A DNA stretch of 64,000 bases. Origin: Zygnema circumcarinatum SAG 698-1b. Taxonomy: Eukaryota > Plantae > Zygnematophyceae. Within the stretch, counting starts at the first letter, position 1. The number at the start of each line of letters is the position of its first letter. The notes beneath the pieces were generated by a model. The model was not told the origin of the DNA. It saw only the letters and a list, made by a program, of their open reading frames with translations, and did no database searches. Where the stretch lies: the NCBI GenBank assembly GCA_037447605.1, contig CM074819.1:1696297-1760296 (forward strand). The letters run 5' to 3'. Position numbers and translations under genes: made by a program. This document shows positions 1-12,545 of this stretch, one piece after another.

Positions 1-2070
1 CTCCCTCTCTCCCTCCCTCCCTCCCCCTCTGTCCCTACCAGGGAAAGACTGCCGTGGGGGGACACGTGTCGGCCCGAGGAGGCGCCAGGAGGCGAGAGCC
101 GTCCGGGCGGGCCAAACGCCCGGATAGGTTCGGCTGAGCAGGCGGTTAAACTCCGCCGTCCGATGCGTGATCGGACGGCCCAGATTAGCCCGGTCAGCGG
201 GCGGCGGAAGGACCGTACCGTTGGCGGGAAAGACGGTAACGGATTGCGGCTTTCCTCCGGGGACGCTCCGACGGACGGTGTGGACGCGGCGGCGGACGGT
301 TGACTTAGCGCCGGCGGACGGTACGTGGTGGTCGGTGGACGGTACGGGCGCCGGTAAAGGAAGTCTCTGTCCTGGCGCCGGCCAGAGGACATTAGGTGGC
401 ATTAAATGCGGGGGGCCGACGGGCGGCAGAGGGACAGGTGGGGGGCGGAGGGCACGCCACGTCAGCATTGGGCGGTCTAACGGGCCGTTTCTATGTGAAA
501 AATTGGGGTATTTTTGGAGGCCTTGATTGGACGGTTGGGGAAATTCAGGAGCAATTATTTGAGGATTTTTTGCAGGGGGAAAATCAGACAGACTTTTGGG
601 TGAAGTTTGGCAGGATCCTAAACGACAGCGCGGAGAGAGAGGAGGTTGAAAGTGACGTCATAACCGGAAAAGTACTGGAAACTGCGACAGCCTGTCGGTT
701 AGCTACCGAAGGTCACCGCCGTTACGGTCAGTCAACTCTGAAACAGTTCCCGTCCGTCGTGGTCGGCGCTTTTCAGAAGTGACGCGTCCAATCACCTTGT
801 TTTATGGCACGTGCACAAACTTTCGGACCAGTTAAATGGTGTCACGTGGTTGTCAGAAATGGACAAGCAAATCTATCAACTGGAAATTTGAACGGCGGCG
901 GCGGTCGTTCTGAAATGGACGGATTCGAGAGCCATACGGAATAATACGTCATCATTGGCTGAGGTCAGCGCGTCTCTGACGTCTTCATTTGACCAGGTCG
1001 AAGTCCGCAGCGGTTAAGGGCGCATGAGACTTCGTTGACTTCTCGGATCTAGTGCCGTAGGCGTACGAACAATGTACGATATGTACAAAATTGTACCTCT
1101 TTGTACGGATATTTCGGCTTTGAAAATTGGATGTTGGGACCTGTCGGTGGAAGTTCTTTCGTACGAGATCGTTCTGGAACCGTACGAACTTTTGATTCTT
1201 CGATACGGACAAAGTACACGTGGAGTGAACACAGTAAAAATGTACGGTTTCACAACAAACGACGGAATGTTTTTGTCGTTTAACTAAGCCCGCAGTTTAT
1301 GCCCGGGGGTAGGTCGTTTTCTCGCGCCAAGTGGGACAGTCTGTCAAGTAAGAACGAATTAAATCCCTCCACGTGGCAACTTCAGCACTTGGCCGCCACT
1401 AAGTGGTCGGTGGTCAGAATCGGTCGCAGAAATAATCAAGGCCCAATGAAAAACAGGGGACGGGGGAAAAAAGTCGGCCCAAAACGACAAAAAAAGGTTT
1501 AAACAACGAAGATCAGCAGAAAGTTCGCTACAGCCTATAGAAATGTGATTATTTTCCAAAGGATCCACATTGGACATTAGAAGCTGGACACATTTTTTTC
1601 CTGGGATAGATTTTTGAATTATTTACACATCGGGCAGGCGCGGAACTGTCCTGGTTCGGAGTGGGAGGATGGATGCGCGGTGACGAAAGCAAACGGTTGA
1701 GTGACGTCAGCAACGTTTGCTCGAAATCCGGGTGGTTTGCTTACTCGCAACCGCCGACAGGTGCGGCGCCGTGTCTGCTCCACGTTTGAATGGGCACACC
1801 ATGGGCCGCGAGGAACTGGAGCCTACTTCTCTTCCAATTCATTCCATCTCATCCTTAGAAGATTTTCCTTTCCTAGACATGTTCAGCAATCTCAATCATT
1901 CAATGCACAGCACACTCACCCACAAAAGCTTTATTTCCAAAGATGAACAAGAGCTCAAGCATCCTATGCTTCCCTCAAAGCTCCGGTTGACAAAGACACA
2001 GAAAACAGCAGTCTTTTACATGTCCTTCCTAAAACCTCGCCGCCAAAAGCATAACATGATGAACAACATG

Positions 2071-2217
2071 AACTGGCTGCGTTGTTGTGCCTAGGCGTAG
2101 TTTTCCGCTCCTAGCTTAGTTTGATTATGTTTCAGTCATTTGTGACCAGTCCTTTGTGGTTCCACATTTTGCCTTTGTCCATGTACATTTGATGGCCTCG
2201 CCATCGCGAGTTCAATG
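2071..2217 (-). mobile_element. Partial copy of the same MITE-like family (TIR plus adjacent internal sequence)
   Basis: Reverse complement cattgaactcgcgatggcgaggccatcaaatgtacatgga...ggagcggaaaactacgcctaggcacaacaacgcagccagtt aligns with 12549-12701. Confidence 0.75.
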
Positions 2218-2405
2218 TTCAAGTTTCTCCATCTTTCACATGAACCATTCGATCAAAAGGGTCTTGGGATTCAAACTACAGTACTTGCTAAACACTCAAC
2301 ACGTGTACTACGTCCGTACAGTTTCAGTACAATGCCTCAGTACAAAAGTTTCGTACGACTCTATGTCCGATTGTACGGATCTCAACAGGCACACCATTGG
2401 GCCGC

Positions 2406-3712
2406 GAGGGAGGGAGGGAGGGAGGGAAGAGGGCGAGAGAGGGAGAGAGAGGGAGAGAGCGGGAGAGAGGGGGGGAGGGGGGNNNNNNNNNNGGAGGGGG
2501 AGGGAGGGAGAGAGAGGGAGAGAGGGGGGAAGGGGGAGAGGGAGGGGGGACGGGGAGAGGGAGGGGGGACGGGGAGAGGGGGGGAGAGGGATAGAGGGGA
2601 AGGGGGACAGGGGGCAGGTGGAGCGGGACGGGGAGCGGGGGCAGGTGGAGGGGGGAGAGGGAGAGGGAGAAGAGGGAGGGAGAGAGGAAGCGGGAGAAGG
2701 AAAAGGAGAGCGAGAACGGGAGAGTGAGAAGCTTCCAAAAAAAGTCGTTTTTTCACATAAAGCCACATTAGTTCGTAATACAATTCCAGAACAAGCCAGG
2801 ACTCACCTTCGCTATCTGACGGGAGGCAGAGCCTACACCCTATAATACATTTTTTCCCACATTTAAAGGGTACCCGGCTACTCACTTACAAATTTGACTT
2901 ACTAATTTGACTAATTTGACTATGAGTAAATCCTACTTACTATCGTACATGATTTTTGTTGAGGTGCGTTTTTGTCCTTTCTTGCACCCATTATTACAGC
3001 TCTCCTGTTCTCCACAAATCAAACACCGGTGGATGAAACCACAAAGAATGCGCTATAGACTGTCCACAAAAAATTAGAAGTCCTTCAAAAAAAATTACCA
3101 GTCTGTCCTACATGTACCATTGAAAATTTCTCCATTGGCGCGTAATATTTTCTTTGTCTAAAGATATGATGAGGCGAAGAAAGGAATAACGGACCCATCC
3201 TGCAAAAAGAAATTCAACGCAATTATCTCAACGGGATTTACTTTCTAATGATGGTTTATCCCTCCTTCACCTTACCTCCTCATTCTCCCTTTCCCTCTCC
3301 CTCTCCCTTTCCCTCTCCCTCCTCCCTCCCTCTCCCTCTCCCTCCTCCCTCTCCCTCTCCCTCTCCTCTCCTCTCCCTCTCCCTCTCCCTCCTCTCCCTC
3401 TCCCTCTCCCTCTCTCCCTCTCCCTCTCCCTCTCCCTCTCCCTCTCCCTCTCCCACTCCCTCTCTTCCTCTCCCCCTCTCTCTCTGTCTCCCTCTCCCTC
3501 TCCCACTCCCTCTCTTCCTCTCCCTCTCTCTCTCCCTCTCCCTCTCCCTCTCCCTCTCCCTCTCCCTCTCCCTCTCCTTCCCCCCCTCACTCTTCTCCCT
3601 TCTCCTCTCCCTACTTCTCTTCCTTCTCCTCTCAGTTCTCCTCTCCTTTCGCCTCACATTTCTCCGCTTCTGTCTCCCCTCCCTTCTCCTCTCCGTTCAC
3701 TTCTCCCTCGAG
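2406..3712. repeat. GA-rich tract (2406-2725, contains a 10-N gap) and CT-rich tract (~3270-3710), downstream of WOX
   Basis: Low-complexity polypurine and polypyrimidine sequence; (ccctct)n dominates the second tract. Confidence 0.9.
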
Positions 3713-4273
3713 AGATAACTACATTTTATTTGCGACAACAGAGCAGAAAGGGGGAGAATAGGTCAGCCTACCAAGTCAGAAAGACGATTGAGATAAAAAA
3801 AACTTTCTTCTCATTTACAAGGAGAGGCCTTTTCTCCAATAGAGGCATCCACCCTGCATCCATAAAACAATAAATAATAAGTCAAGGAGACCTTTTGCAG
3901 ACAAATTGGAGCTGAAAGGACAAAATACAAGAGGTTTTAACTAAAGCCACAACCCTAAAAGCTTCATCCTAAGCGCAGACATACAATCTAGATTCAAACT
4001 TCAAGAATTTAAGGAAATCGCAAAACACACACGAAACACACAAACGAAAAAAGGGCATAGAGTGCTGAAGACAGACCACCAGTTGAATTTTGGAGCAGCA
4101 ATACGCACACACACTCTCTCTCTCGTCCCCATCTCTCTCTCCCTCCTCCCCTCCCCACCTTTCCCCCCCACCTTCCTCCCCAAATCTCCCTCCCCTTCAA
4201 CCACTCCCTTCCCCTCCGCCCTTATTCACTCCCCCCTCCTTTCCCACCCCCTCCCTCTCTCTCTCCCTCACAC

Positions 4274-5844
4274 TTACGTTTTGAGAGTGTAGGAGCCAGC
4301 CTGCTGCAGGGGCTGCAAAGTTATCCCCTCCACATTGGTAGGCACAGGCTGTCCCTTGTCGTCTATGAGGAGACTCCCCTTTCCAAAGCTGTTGTGCACA
4401 TCGAGGAGCCCTAACGGCACATCCCACGACTTCCCGTTGATCATCACTTGCATCATTGGTTCCGCATCTGCAGGTTTGGGAGGGGGAGGAGAATCACAAA
4501 AGCACAGAAGATGGTGAAAAAATTGAAGTCTAGTCGAATCTAATCGAGTCTAATCTAGTCGAATTCATGCAGTGACTTTGAGGGCTAACTTCCGGCATTC
4601 GCATGCAGATGGTAGTTGAATAAACGATCTAATGATCAGGCTGCCTTCAAGATTAAGTAGTTGAGCTAGTTAGGTAAGTTAGTTGGTTAGATGTTCGAGC
4701 AATTTGATCCGACTCGACTTAGATCGGATAGCCGCCCATACATTCAAGTGGTTTCTTTCTCACCAGGTTGAATGAATGTGGGAGCATATAATGTTGCATC
4801 CTTGGACTCTTCTTGCACCTTTGGGACCACATTAAGATGAGAATGCTGCGGTAAAGGTATCGATGAATGCAACGAAACATCTCGGCTTGCACTTTCGTCC
4901 ATGTGATTGTTGTCTTCTTGTGCAGCCTCCTCCCCATCCTCATCATTTCCATCGCTGCTTTCCAACCGCACCTTCTTCTCTGCGCCTTCTTCCTCCTCCC
5001 CCTCCTCCCCTTCTCCATCTTTCTCTGCTCCGTTACCTCCCATAGAATTCTTTCTTTTCAACCTCGCCTTCTTGTTCTGAAACCAGTTGTAAACATTGTT
5101 CTCTGTTATCGGTCCGTACTGCGCCAGTTCCGTTGTTATCTCTTTGATTTTTGGCTTGTTGGAAGTCCCTGTGGAAGCCTGAAAGTATGATTCCAAGAGC
5201 TGAAGCTGAGCAGGTGAAGGGGTCCACCTTTGTCTGTTCCGCGGAGCTGCAGCAGCCGGCTGAGAGGGCTCATATGTGTACGCTGGACACCACAGTCTAC
5301 CTGAAAAGCAGAAAGCACAATTTTAAATAGGCAGCATACATATTTTTCTGCACGCTTATGCAACATGCAACATAAGGAACAAAGTCGTTTCCTACTTGAA
5401 AAAAGGATCTAACTTATTGAATAAACTGACATGCGAGATTTCTACACGGAAAGAAAAGGACCTCAAGCCTTGAATGATCTAATCTGAGTGCTCAATAAAA
5501 CTGCACCAAAAACACAGAATCCAAAAAGCTCTTTAGAGAAGGCCGAGAGAGGGAGAGAGAGAGTGGCTGAGGGAGAAATGTGAGTGAGCGGAGAGGGAGA
5601 TGCAGTAAGGGGGAGAGAGAGAGAGAGCGAGGCTGAGGGAGAACAAAGCAAGAGCGCAGCGAGGGAGATGCAGGAGGGAGGAGGAGAGAGAGAGAGTGAG
5701 GGGGAGGGAGTGAGAGAGAGAGAGGGGGAGGGAGTGAGAGAAAGGGGGAGAGAGAGAGGGAGGGAGAGACACGCTGAGGGAAAATGCAAGAGTGAAACGA
5801 GGGAGATGCATGAGGCGGGGGAGGGAGAAAGAGAGAGAGAGAGA

Positions 5845-5894
<50 letters not shown>

Positions 5895-6324
5895 CTGATA
5901 GTCGTAGTCGTAAGTTACCAGGCATGTGTGCAGTCATTGCGCGGTACATTGCCAGCAGTTGCTGAGAGATGGTGCTAAAGACTGATATCTGACGCTTCAA
6001 CGTATCGATCTGAAGGTCGGAAATGACGATACCATGCACAGCTGGATCATACGGAGGTTTGGGAAGAGGAGGGCCCAATTGGAGGGAGACTGAGGAAGAA
6101 GAAGTGAGTGCATTTGTGCCCCCTCCAGCACTCATGTTGGAGGAGGAAAGCGCAGAAACCTGCAGAATTACTTCTCTAGAATGAGAGTCAAAATTAGAAT
6201 TAGATTTCACTCCTGAAACATCTGCTTCCATAGAAAGCGCAACAGTTACCCTAATTCTAACCCTAACCCTAAATTTGAAGGCGACCGTGGCTTGGCAAGC
6301 AGAGCCCTCTTCTTCTGCTGACAT
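4274..6324 (-). CDS. WOX: WUSCHEL-related homeobox transcription factor (WOX13-type N-terminal motif and homeodomain, plus WOX8/9/11/12-type C-terminal domain); exons ~6324-5919, 5300-4764, 4467-4274
   Basis: The spliced frame gives [62 protein letters not shown] (WOX homeodomain). Upstream is [23 protein letters not shown] (WOX13-clade motif) and the last exon is [13 protein letters not shown]...[12 protein letters not shown]. Both GT-AG introns are phase 1 and keep frame. The start codon and final few codons are uncertain: the stop overlaps a possible AC|GTAAGT donor. Confidence 0.9.
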
Positions 6325-7040
6325 TCCTTGTACCTGCGCGCCGACCCTAAAAGTGACCTAAAGTTTGGCACCAATGCAAGCTCTTACCCTCACCCGCATC
6401 CTAACCCTAACCCTAATTCTAGTCAGACAAGCAGAATGCTCTGCATGCACGGACATTTCTGTGATGTTCCCACTCTCAACAAGTGTTTCTGGAAGCGCAT
6501 GAAAAGGAGTAACCCTAAACCTTTGTTTGCTGCAACGCAAAGCTTAGCAATAGGGAGGTGAATGTTCTGTAAGACTTCCGCTGGTACAGTAAGACAGCGC
6601 CACGAAATGTATTTCCGAAACGGTACTCCTAAACTCCAGCTTACTACTCGAATCGCAGGATTTCATGTACTGATTTTTAAATCTGTTTCTTCGGTAATCT
6701 CTAATATTTGATACGCCCCACTGTCAATAGGATGCAGTGTACGGCAATTGGTGGAGCACTGTGCCTTTGGCAAAGGCGTGAGCAGGCAACCATGGCCTGA
6801 CACGTGTACAGTGATCCTACGTGGCAATTACTGATTGGGCCATCTGATTCAAGAGATTCCCCTCGTTGACCGAGAGCTGGCTTGACTGCAAATTTCCCCT
6901 CAGTATAACGAAGCTAGGAACGGAGGAAGGCAGCGAGTCTTCCACAAGAACTTGATCCATACCATAGTGTCCCTTCAATTCTCTTTGTGAGCAAAAGAAA
7001 AAGAGAAGGGGGGAGAGTTCTAAAGCAAAAGATGGTGAAT

Positions 7041-7134
7041 TGGCATTTGAATCACAATGGCGATGCCGTCGGATGAGCATGGACAAAGGCATTATGTCGA
7101 ACCAATGTGAACAGGTCACAAATGACCCATGAAC
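7041..7134 (+). mobile_element. Diverged solo TIR copy of the MITE-like family, upstream of WOX
   Basis: tggcatttgaatcacaatggcgatgccgtcggatgagcatggacaaaggcattatgtcgaacca...ggtcacaaatgac aligns with the 2071-2217 copy and the 12546 TIR. Confidence 0.65.
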
Positions 7135-7512
7135 GGAGGGAAGGTGAACTAAAAATGTTGATTGATGTTGATTTTAATGTTGATGTTAATGTTGATGTTT
7201 TTTGATGTGGGTGGTGCCAGACACTCGCTGGAATTGCCCTGTGTTCTGGGACAGGTGCCCATTATAAATCCCTCCAGAGGCCAAAAAACTGCCTTGAAAA
7301 AAACGGTTTTTTTTTTTTTAGTTGCTTGGGCCTGCATACTTTTGATTTTGGTATCACAAAAAAAGCTCTAATACTGATTTGGATTCAACACAGCATCGAC
7401 ATAGATATCGATACTGTCACTGATATTGATATCGATACCACGGGTCCGATACTGTAACTCTATCAGATGGATTGAAAGAGGAGACAGAAGGAGAGATTGA
7501 GCTGAGGAAGGC

Positions 7513-7548
<36 letters not shown>

Positions 7549-7554
7549 GAGGGT

Positions 7555-7621
<67 letters not shown>

Positions 7622-7803
7622 CGAGAGAGAAAGAGAGACAGAGAGAGAGATGAGATGCAGAACCGACAGCAACGAGGGTCAACCCTTTGAAAAAATCTGA
7701 GGATGAATTCTTAACAGCCCATACCTACATCTCATATCTTGTTCTATGTCATCTAACCCTAACCCTTAATCCGTTCAACCATTTACGGAGCCCGCATGTA
7801 ACG

Positions 7804-10800
7804 TCACCTGCCCATAGAACGCCCCCTTGAGCTCCCTCCTCCCCTTGAACTCCCTCCTCCCCTTGAACTCCCTCCTCCCCTTGAACTCCCTCGTCCCCTT
7901 GAACTCCCTTCCCACCTTGAGCTATCTCCCCCCCTTGAGCTCCCTCCCCCCCTTGAGCTCCCTCCCCCCCTTGAGCTCCCTCCCCCCCTTGAATTTGAGC
8001 CCCCTGGAGACCTTGTCCTTGAAAGAGGGCCTCCAAATTCCTTCCTCTCTCCAATACTTTCCTTTGAATTTGAGCCCCCGAACCGAGGCCCCCCAGAAGG
8101 TCCTTTTGGAGGTCCGCCTCCTCTCGAAGGAGGAAAAGTTCTCGTCTTTCCATATCTCGAAGCATCTGAGCCGTACGTTGTCGGCCTTCCTTTCAATCTC
8201 CGCCGTTCCTCGATCTCTTGCCTTTTCATGACCTCCAACTTCCCCCTATCATTAGTCAAATTCTCCAGCGACTCTCCCTTGCCCATCGCTGTTTCTATTT
8301 GCTTATAAAGGATGTAATCCCTCTTCGTCACCAAGCTTGTGATTTTTCCTGCGTGCAAGGAAAAGTCGATATCGTTCAGAAGATAGCAAAAGAGCAGAGG
8401 TTTATTGTAACCAATTCTTTATGAAGTAGCTTAAAACTAATCAAGTAAAAATTTACCAGAAAACTCCAAGAGCCTTCATCATCAGTCACAGGTTTAACTC
8501 TTACCTTTCGCTCCCATGCGTGCTGTCCGCCCCGTTCTATGTAAATAGTCAATCTGCAAACCGTCAAAACCGCCTGTGAGCCAGACTACTTTGACCACAT
8601 TTGCAGAACTGAAAAAACTTGTTTACGAATTGAAAAACTTCTCCACTCTCATTCAACCTAAGCAATTAAAGCATCTAACTCCCATTTAAGCATGCGAGAA
8701 TTTCAGCACTTAGACTATGTAACATCATGGATAAACATATATGTCATCCTACATCGTTCACACCATCATCACCATCATCATAGAAGTAGAAGAAGGGCAA
8801 GTCAAGTAGACGTAGAAGTCAAAGGAGGTTGTTTTATGTACCGGATTCTGTGGAAAGTCAAACATAATAACATGGTCGACCGTCAGGTCAAGCCCACGAG
8901 CTGCCAAATCCGTGCAAACAAGAACGGGTACTCGGCCAAAAGTGGGGCTCTCTGTATCTTCTGTATCGTCTGGATTCCCTCTGAACCGATTTAAGTTCTC
9001 AACTCTGCAAACTCATTGCATTGAATGTTAGAGAGGAAGGGAGAGAGAGAGAGAGAGTGAGAGAGTAGGATGAAAAAAAAAAAAAGAGTGTGGGAGGAGG
9101 GGAGGAAGAACACGCATCCCGGACATATTCAAAAACCAAATACTTCAACTTTGGTGAATTCTTAAGGTAGAACGAATGAGACTCTACTAATCTTGTTCTC
9201 ATGATTTTCCGTCCCATAGGAAACACTCACTTACTATTCAGGGAATTCCATGTGATTGAAAACCCTGAAAACACTCCAAGACACCCCAATCTTGTGCTCC
9301 TACATGAGCTCCGTTTTCCGTTTTTTGAGCGATTCCTAACTGAATTCTCATATAACAAATAACCAAATAATAACAGCTTACCTTTCGTCTGCAGGTACCT
9401 CTCCATGGTAATTCACAGTCTCCACACTATTGTCATTTAAGAAATGATCAACTGCTCGGCAGGACTGCACTGTGTTGCAGAATACCATCACCCGTTGACC
9501 CTTGGCCAGACTTGGTTGCAATACCTGCATATAAACAGGGCTTCCCCCGTTATAATTCTAAAATACAGAGAGGTAAAGAGAAAGGTAAAGACCAAATATT
9601 CTGCATTCTCAAAGAGGGCTGATTTTTGACACTTATCGGGGAATCGTGTGGCGCATGCCTTGCATGCATGAAAAAGAAGGAAATTATATGCATGAGCTTT
9701 ACCTGCATGATGGTGTCTAACTTGTTTTCATTGCCTGCAACATTGAGGAAATCGTGACGAGCTGTCGAAACTTTCTTATGAAGCGTGGAAGTTCGAATAT
9801 GGCGAATTCCGGGGAACTCTTCATCCAACAGCCTTTGTACGGACTGCATGAAATCACAGCAAACATGAAAGTTACTCAAAGTCATCACCCAACACATAAG
9901 TATGGGACAACATTACCTTCTCACGTACAAAACCAGACTATAAATTTTTTTGAATGTTGCAACCCCTGTTGATCTGTTTTCTTCAAAAACATGGTTGACA
10001 GCAAAACGTCCGGCAATTAAATATGAAGAACTTAGCTTTTGTCTGATCTTCCCTCTTCCTCCTTACCTTAGTGATTGTTGCTGTAACGAGCACTATCTGA
10101 AACGGAAGAGCATCTGGCTGCTTGCTTCGATTCCGTAATGGCAATAGAATCTTACGAACATCTGGTCCAAAGCCTCTATCGAACATAGTATCTGCTTCAT
10201 CCAGTACCTGAATGAAAAAAAGACAATGTCCAGATGCTTCAAAGCCTTATTCCTTGTCGGTTAAGTGGTGTACTTACTGTACATGGTACATTTACTTTGG
10301 CATAACTGATAGAGGAACAAAATTAAGCAAGAGATATTATAGAGAAGGTAGTAGGTAGGAAGATGATGCGTATGAAGGGAAAACTGCAGTCGAAGGCGAA
10401 AGGAGGACAAAAATAGACTCAGAAAAATAGACTCAGACTAGCGAGATATTGCATCTGCGAATAAAGAAATTTCCTTAGCTGAAACACGAAAGAACATATG
10501 GCAATGTGCCCCACATGCACCCCCCTTCTATTCCCAGTCCCTCAAACGGAAAATGCAACTTTAAAATGCAGTTCCATGCACTCACCACATACTTAACATC
10601 ACTGTATGATAGATTGCCATCCTTCATGTGCATCATGAGTCGACCGGGAGTCCCCACTACAAGATCCAATGGAGTATTCAAAGCATCTTGTTGTGGCCTC
10701 ATTCGACCCCCTCCACTGATCATAGCTGATCTGAACCTTGCATGATGACAAAGTGACTTTGCAACTTGGAGAACCTGCGCACAGATGCATCTCGCAAGAG

Positions 10801-12270
10801 TTATATGAGAGTGGAGAGAGGGAGACAGAGGAGAGGACGGGAAAGATGTGGAGGGAGAGAGGGGATACAAAGCATCCTCCCTAACTTATCTGCAGTGTGT
10901 TATATCAAACCAATTCTCAACCCCACATTGTATTGTCGACTCATTCACAATCTAGAAAACCACATGCATCCCGATCATGATCATGATCATCATAGATTTT
11001 GGGCACCAACCTGCTCTGCCAATTCGCGAGTGGGACAAAGAACAAGTGCCCTCGGTTTTCGCGGTCGGGTGGCTCTGCCACTCTCCACCTCATCTTTCCT
11101 CAATAACTGCAAGAACAAATTAAGCAGTGGAAGAAGGGCTAGCGAATTTGAGAACAAAAGAGAATACAAGAACTTGCAGATAGAACATGATGAGACTGAG
11201 CAGTACAGGCTAAATTTGAATGAACCATAAACAGACCACGACCGCGCATGGGGATGTATTAACAGAGGTACCAAACGTGATAAAATACAAGGACAGATTT
11301 CGAAAATACTTGCTTTGTAAGAGGAAGAAAGGGATACATTCAAGTTCACCCTGCTTCTGTTACCTCAGTCAACTGTCCATCATTTCCATGAACGTGTATA
11401 CATACACATCTACATGCACATCTCCAGCATAACAACGAGAGAGAGAGAGAGGGGAAGGGGAGGGCGAAGGGAGAGGGACTGACTGAGAAGCAGAAGGGAG
11501 AGAGTGAGAGGAGGGGAGGTGGAGAAAAAAGAAGATTAGAAGAGAGAGAGAAAGTCAGAGAAATTCAGAACCCTAACCTGCACTAGCGGCAGGAGGTACG
11601 CCAGCGTCTTCCCTGAACCCGTGTGCGACGCCAGCACCAAATCCTCCCCCCGCAGGGAAGCGGGAATACCCGAGGCTTGAATCTCAGTCGGCTGAGAAAG
11701 CTTCAGAGCTTCAACGGCAGAAAGAAGCTCCTCACTTAACCCTAATTCATTAAAACTGCGCGAAAAAGTACTAGATTCGGGCTCCCGCTTCTTCTCCTTC
11801 CTTACAGGAAATGAAAAATCATCAATTTTAGAGTTTAGAAGTGATTCCCCTTGTTGCAAGCGGAGGCGTTCGAGGGGAGGGAGGTCTGCAGGAGGGGGAG
11901 GAGCGCTCAGCACGCTCCGGACAGCTTTAACGGCGCGTTTCTGCAGCCGAGAGCGTTTTAGGGTTAGCAGGTCTGCGGCGGGTGCAGTTCCGTCGAGGGA
12001 GTCGGAACGGAGGGAGGAGAACTGTCGCATAGAAGACGAGGACGAGGGGAAGGAGGAAAGCGAGGAGCGCAGAACTGCAGTCATGGAGGCGCTCCCAGCG
12101 GCCATGGCGGAGTTAGGGTTGAAATTAGGGTTGGGAGATAGAGGAGGGAGAGGGAGAGGGCGGAAGGGAGGGAGAGAGGGAGGTAGGGAGAGGTGAGAGA
12201 GAGAGGCGGACACGTGGCAGCGCCGGAGGGGGCGCAGGAGCGCTGAGAGGAGGCGGGCAGGAGGGGGCAT
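7804..12270 (-). CDS. RH39: DEAD-box RNA helicase, RH39/NARA12-like, probably organelle (plastid) targeted; 9 exons (~12270-11578, 11107-11011, 10774-10587, 10208-10065, 9844-9703, 9524-9382, 9004-8842, 8553-8505, 8348-7804)
   Basis: Q motif (FNELGL...PTEIQ), [68 protein letters not shown], closely matching the plant RH39 pattern. The N-terminus is S/L/P/R-rich and transit-peptide-like. Confidence 0.92.
7823..7992 (-). repeat. Coding 18-bp tandem repeat encoding about 9 copies of SSRGGG in the helicase C-terminal tail
   Basis: Repeated cccccttga(g/a)ctccctc unit; translates [45 protein letters not shown]... Confidence 0.9.
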
Positions 12271-12340
12271 GGCAGGGGCGAGACAGGGCTTTTCTCCCCT
12301 GCGCAGCGCTATACTGGAGCCCCGCCCAATCAGGATGTGC

Positions 12341-12513
12341 CACGTGGAGATATTGCTGACGTGACGAGCCGCGACTGGTCATGTTTTCGAAGGCAGGGCG
12401 GTGCCTTTTCTGCCTTTTGTCTTTCAAGGGAGAAAGTGGGCTGCTATTGGGGGGGACCTGCGCCAATGGCCATGTGTCACGTGGCAAGGAACCCAACCAG
12501 AAACTGACACGTG
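12341..12513. promoter_or_regulatory. G-box (CACGTG) cluster upstream of the RH39-like gene
   Basis: CACGTG at 12341, 12478 and 12508, plus TGACGT at ~12357, all within ~250 bp of the ATG at 12270. Confidence 0.5.
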
Positions 12514-12545
12514 GAAAGAAACAGCTTGAGACTCTACAACAGAAA

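Noticed and set aside
167-1946. GC-rich short ORFs at the window start
   Set aside because: No recognisable domains or consistent splice pattern; it looks like CpG-rich regulatory or intergenic DNA.
4527-4730. Weak inverted similarity in WOX intron 2 (atctaatcgagtc / gactcgacttagat)
   Set aside because: Too short and low-complexity to support a hairpin or element.
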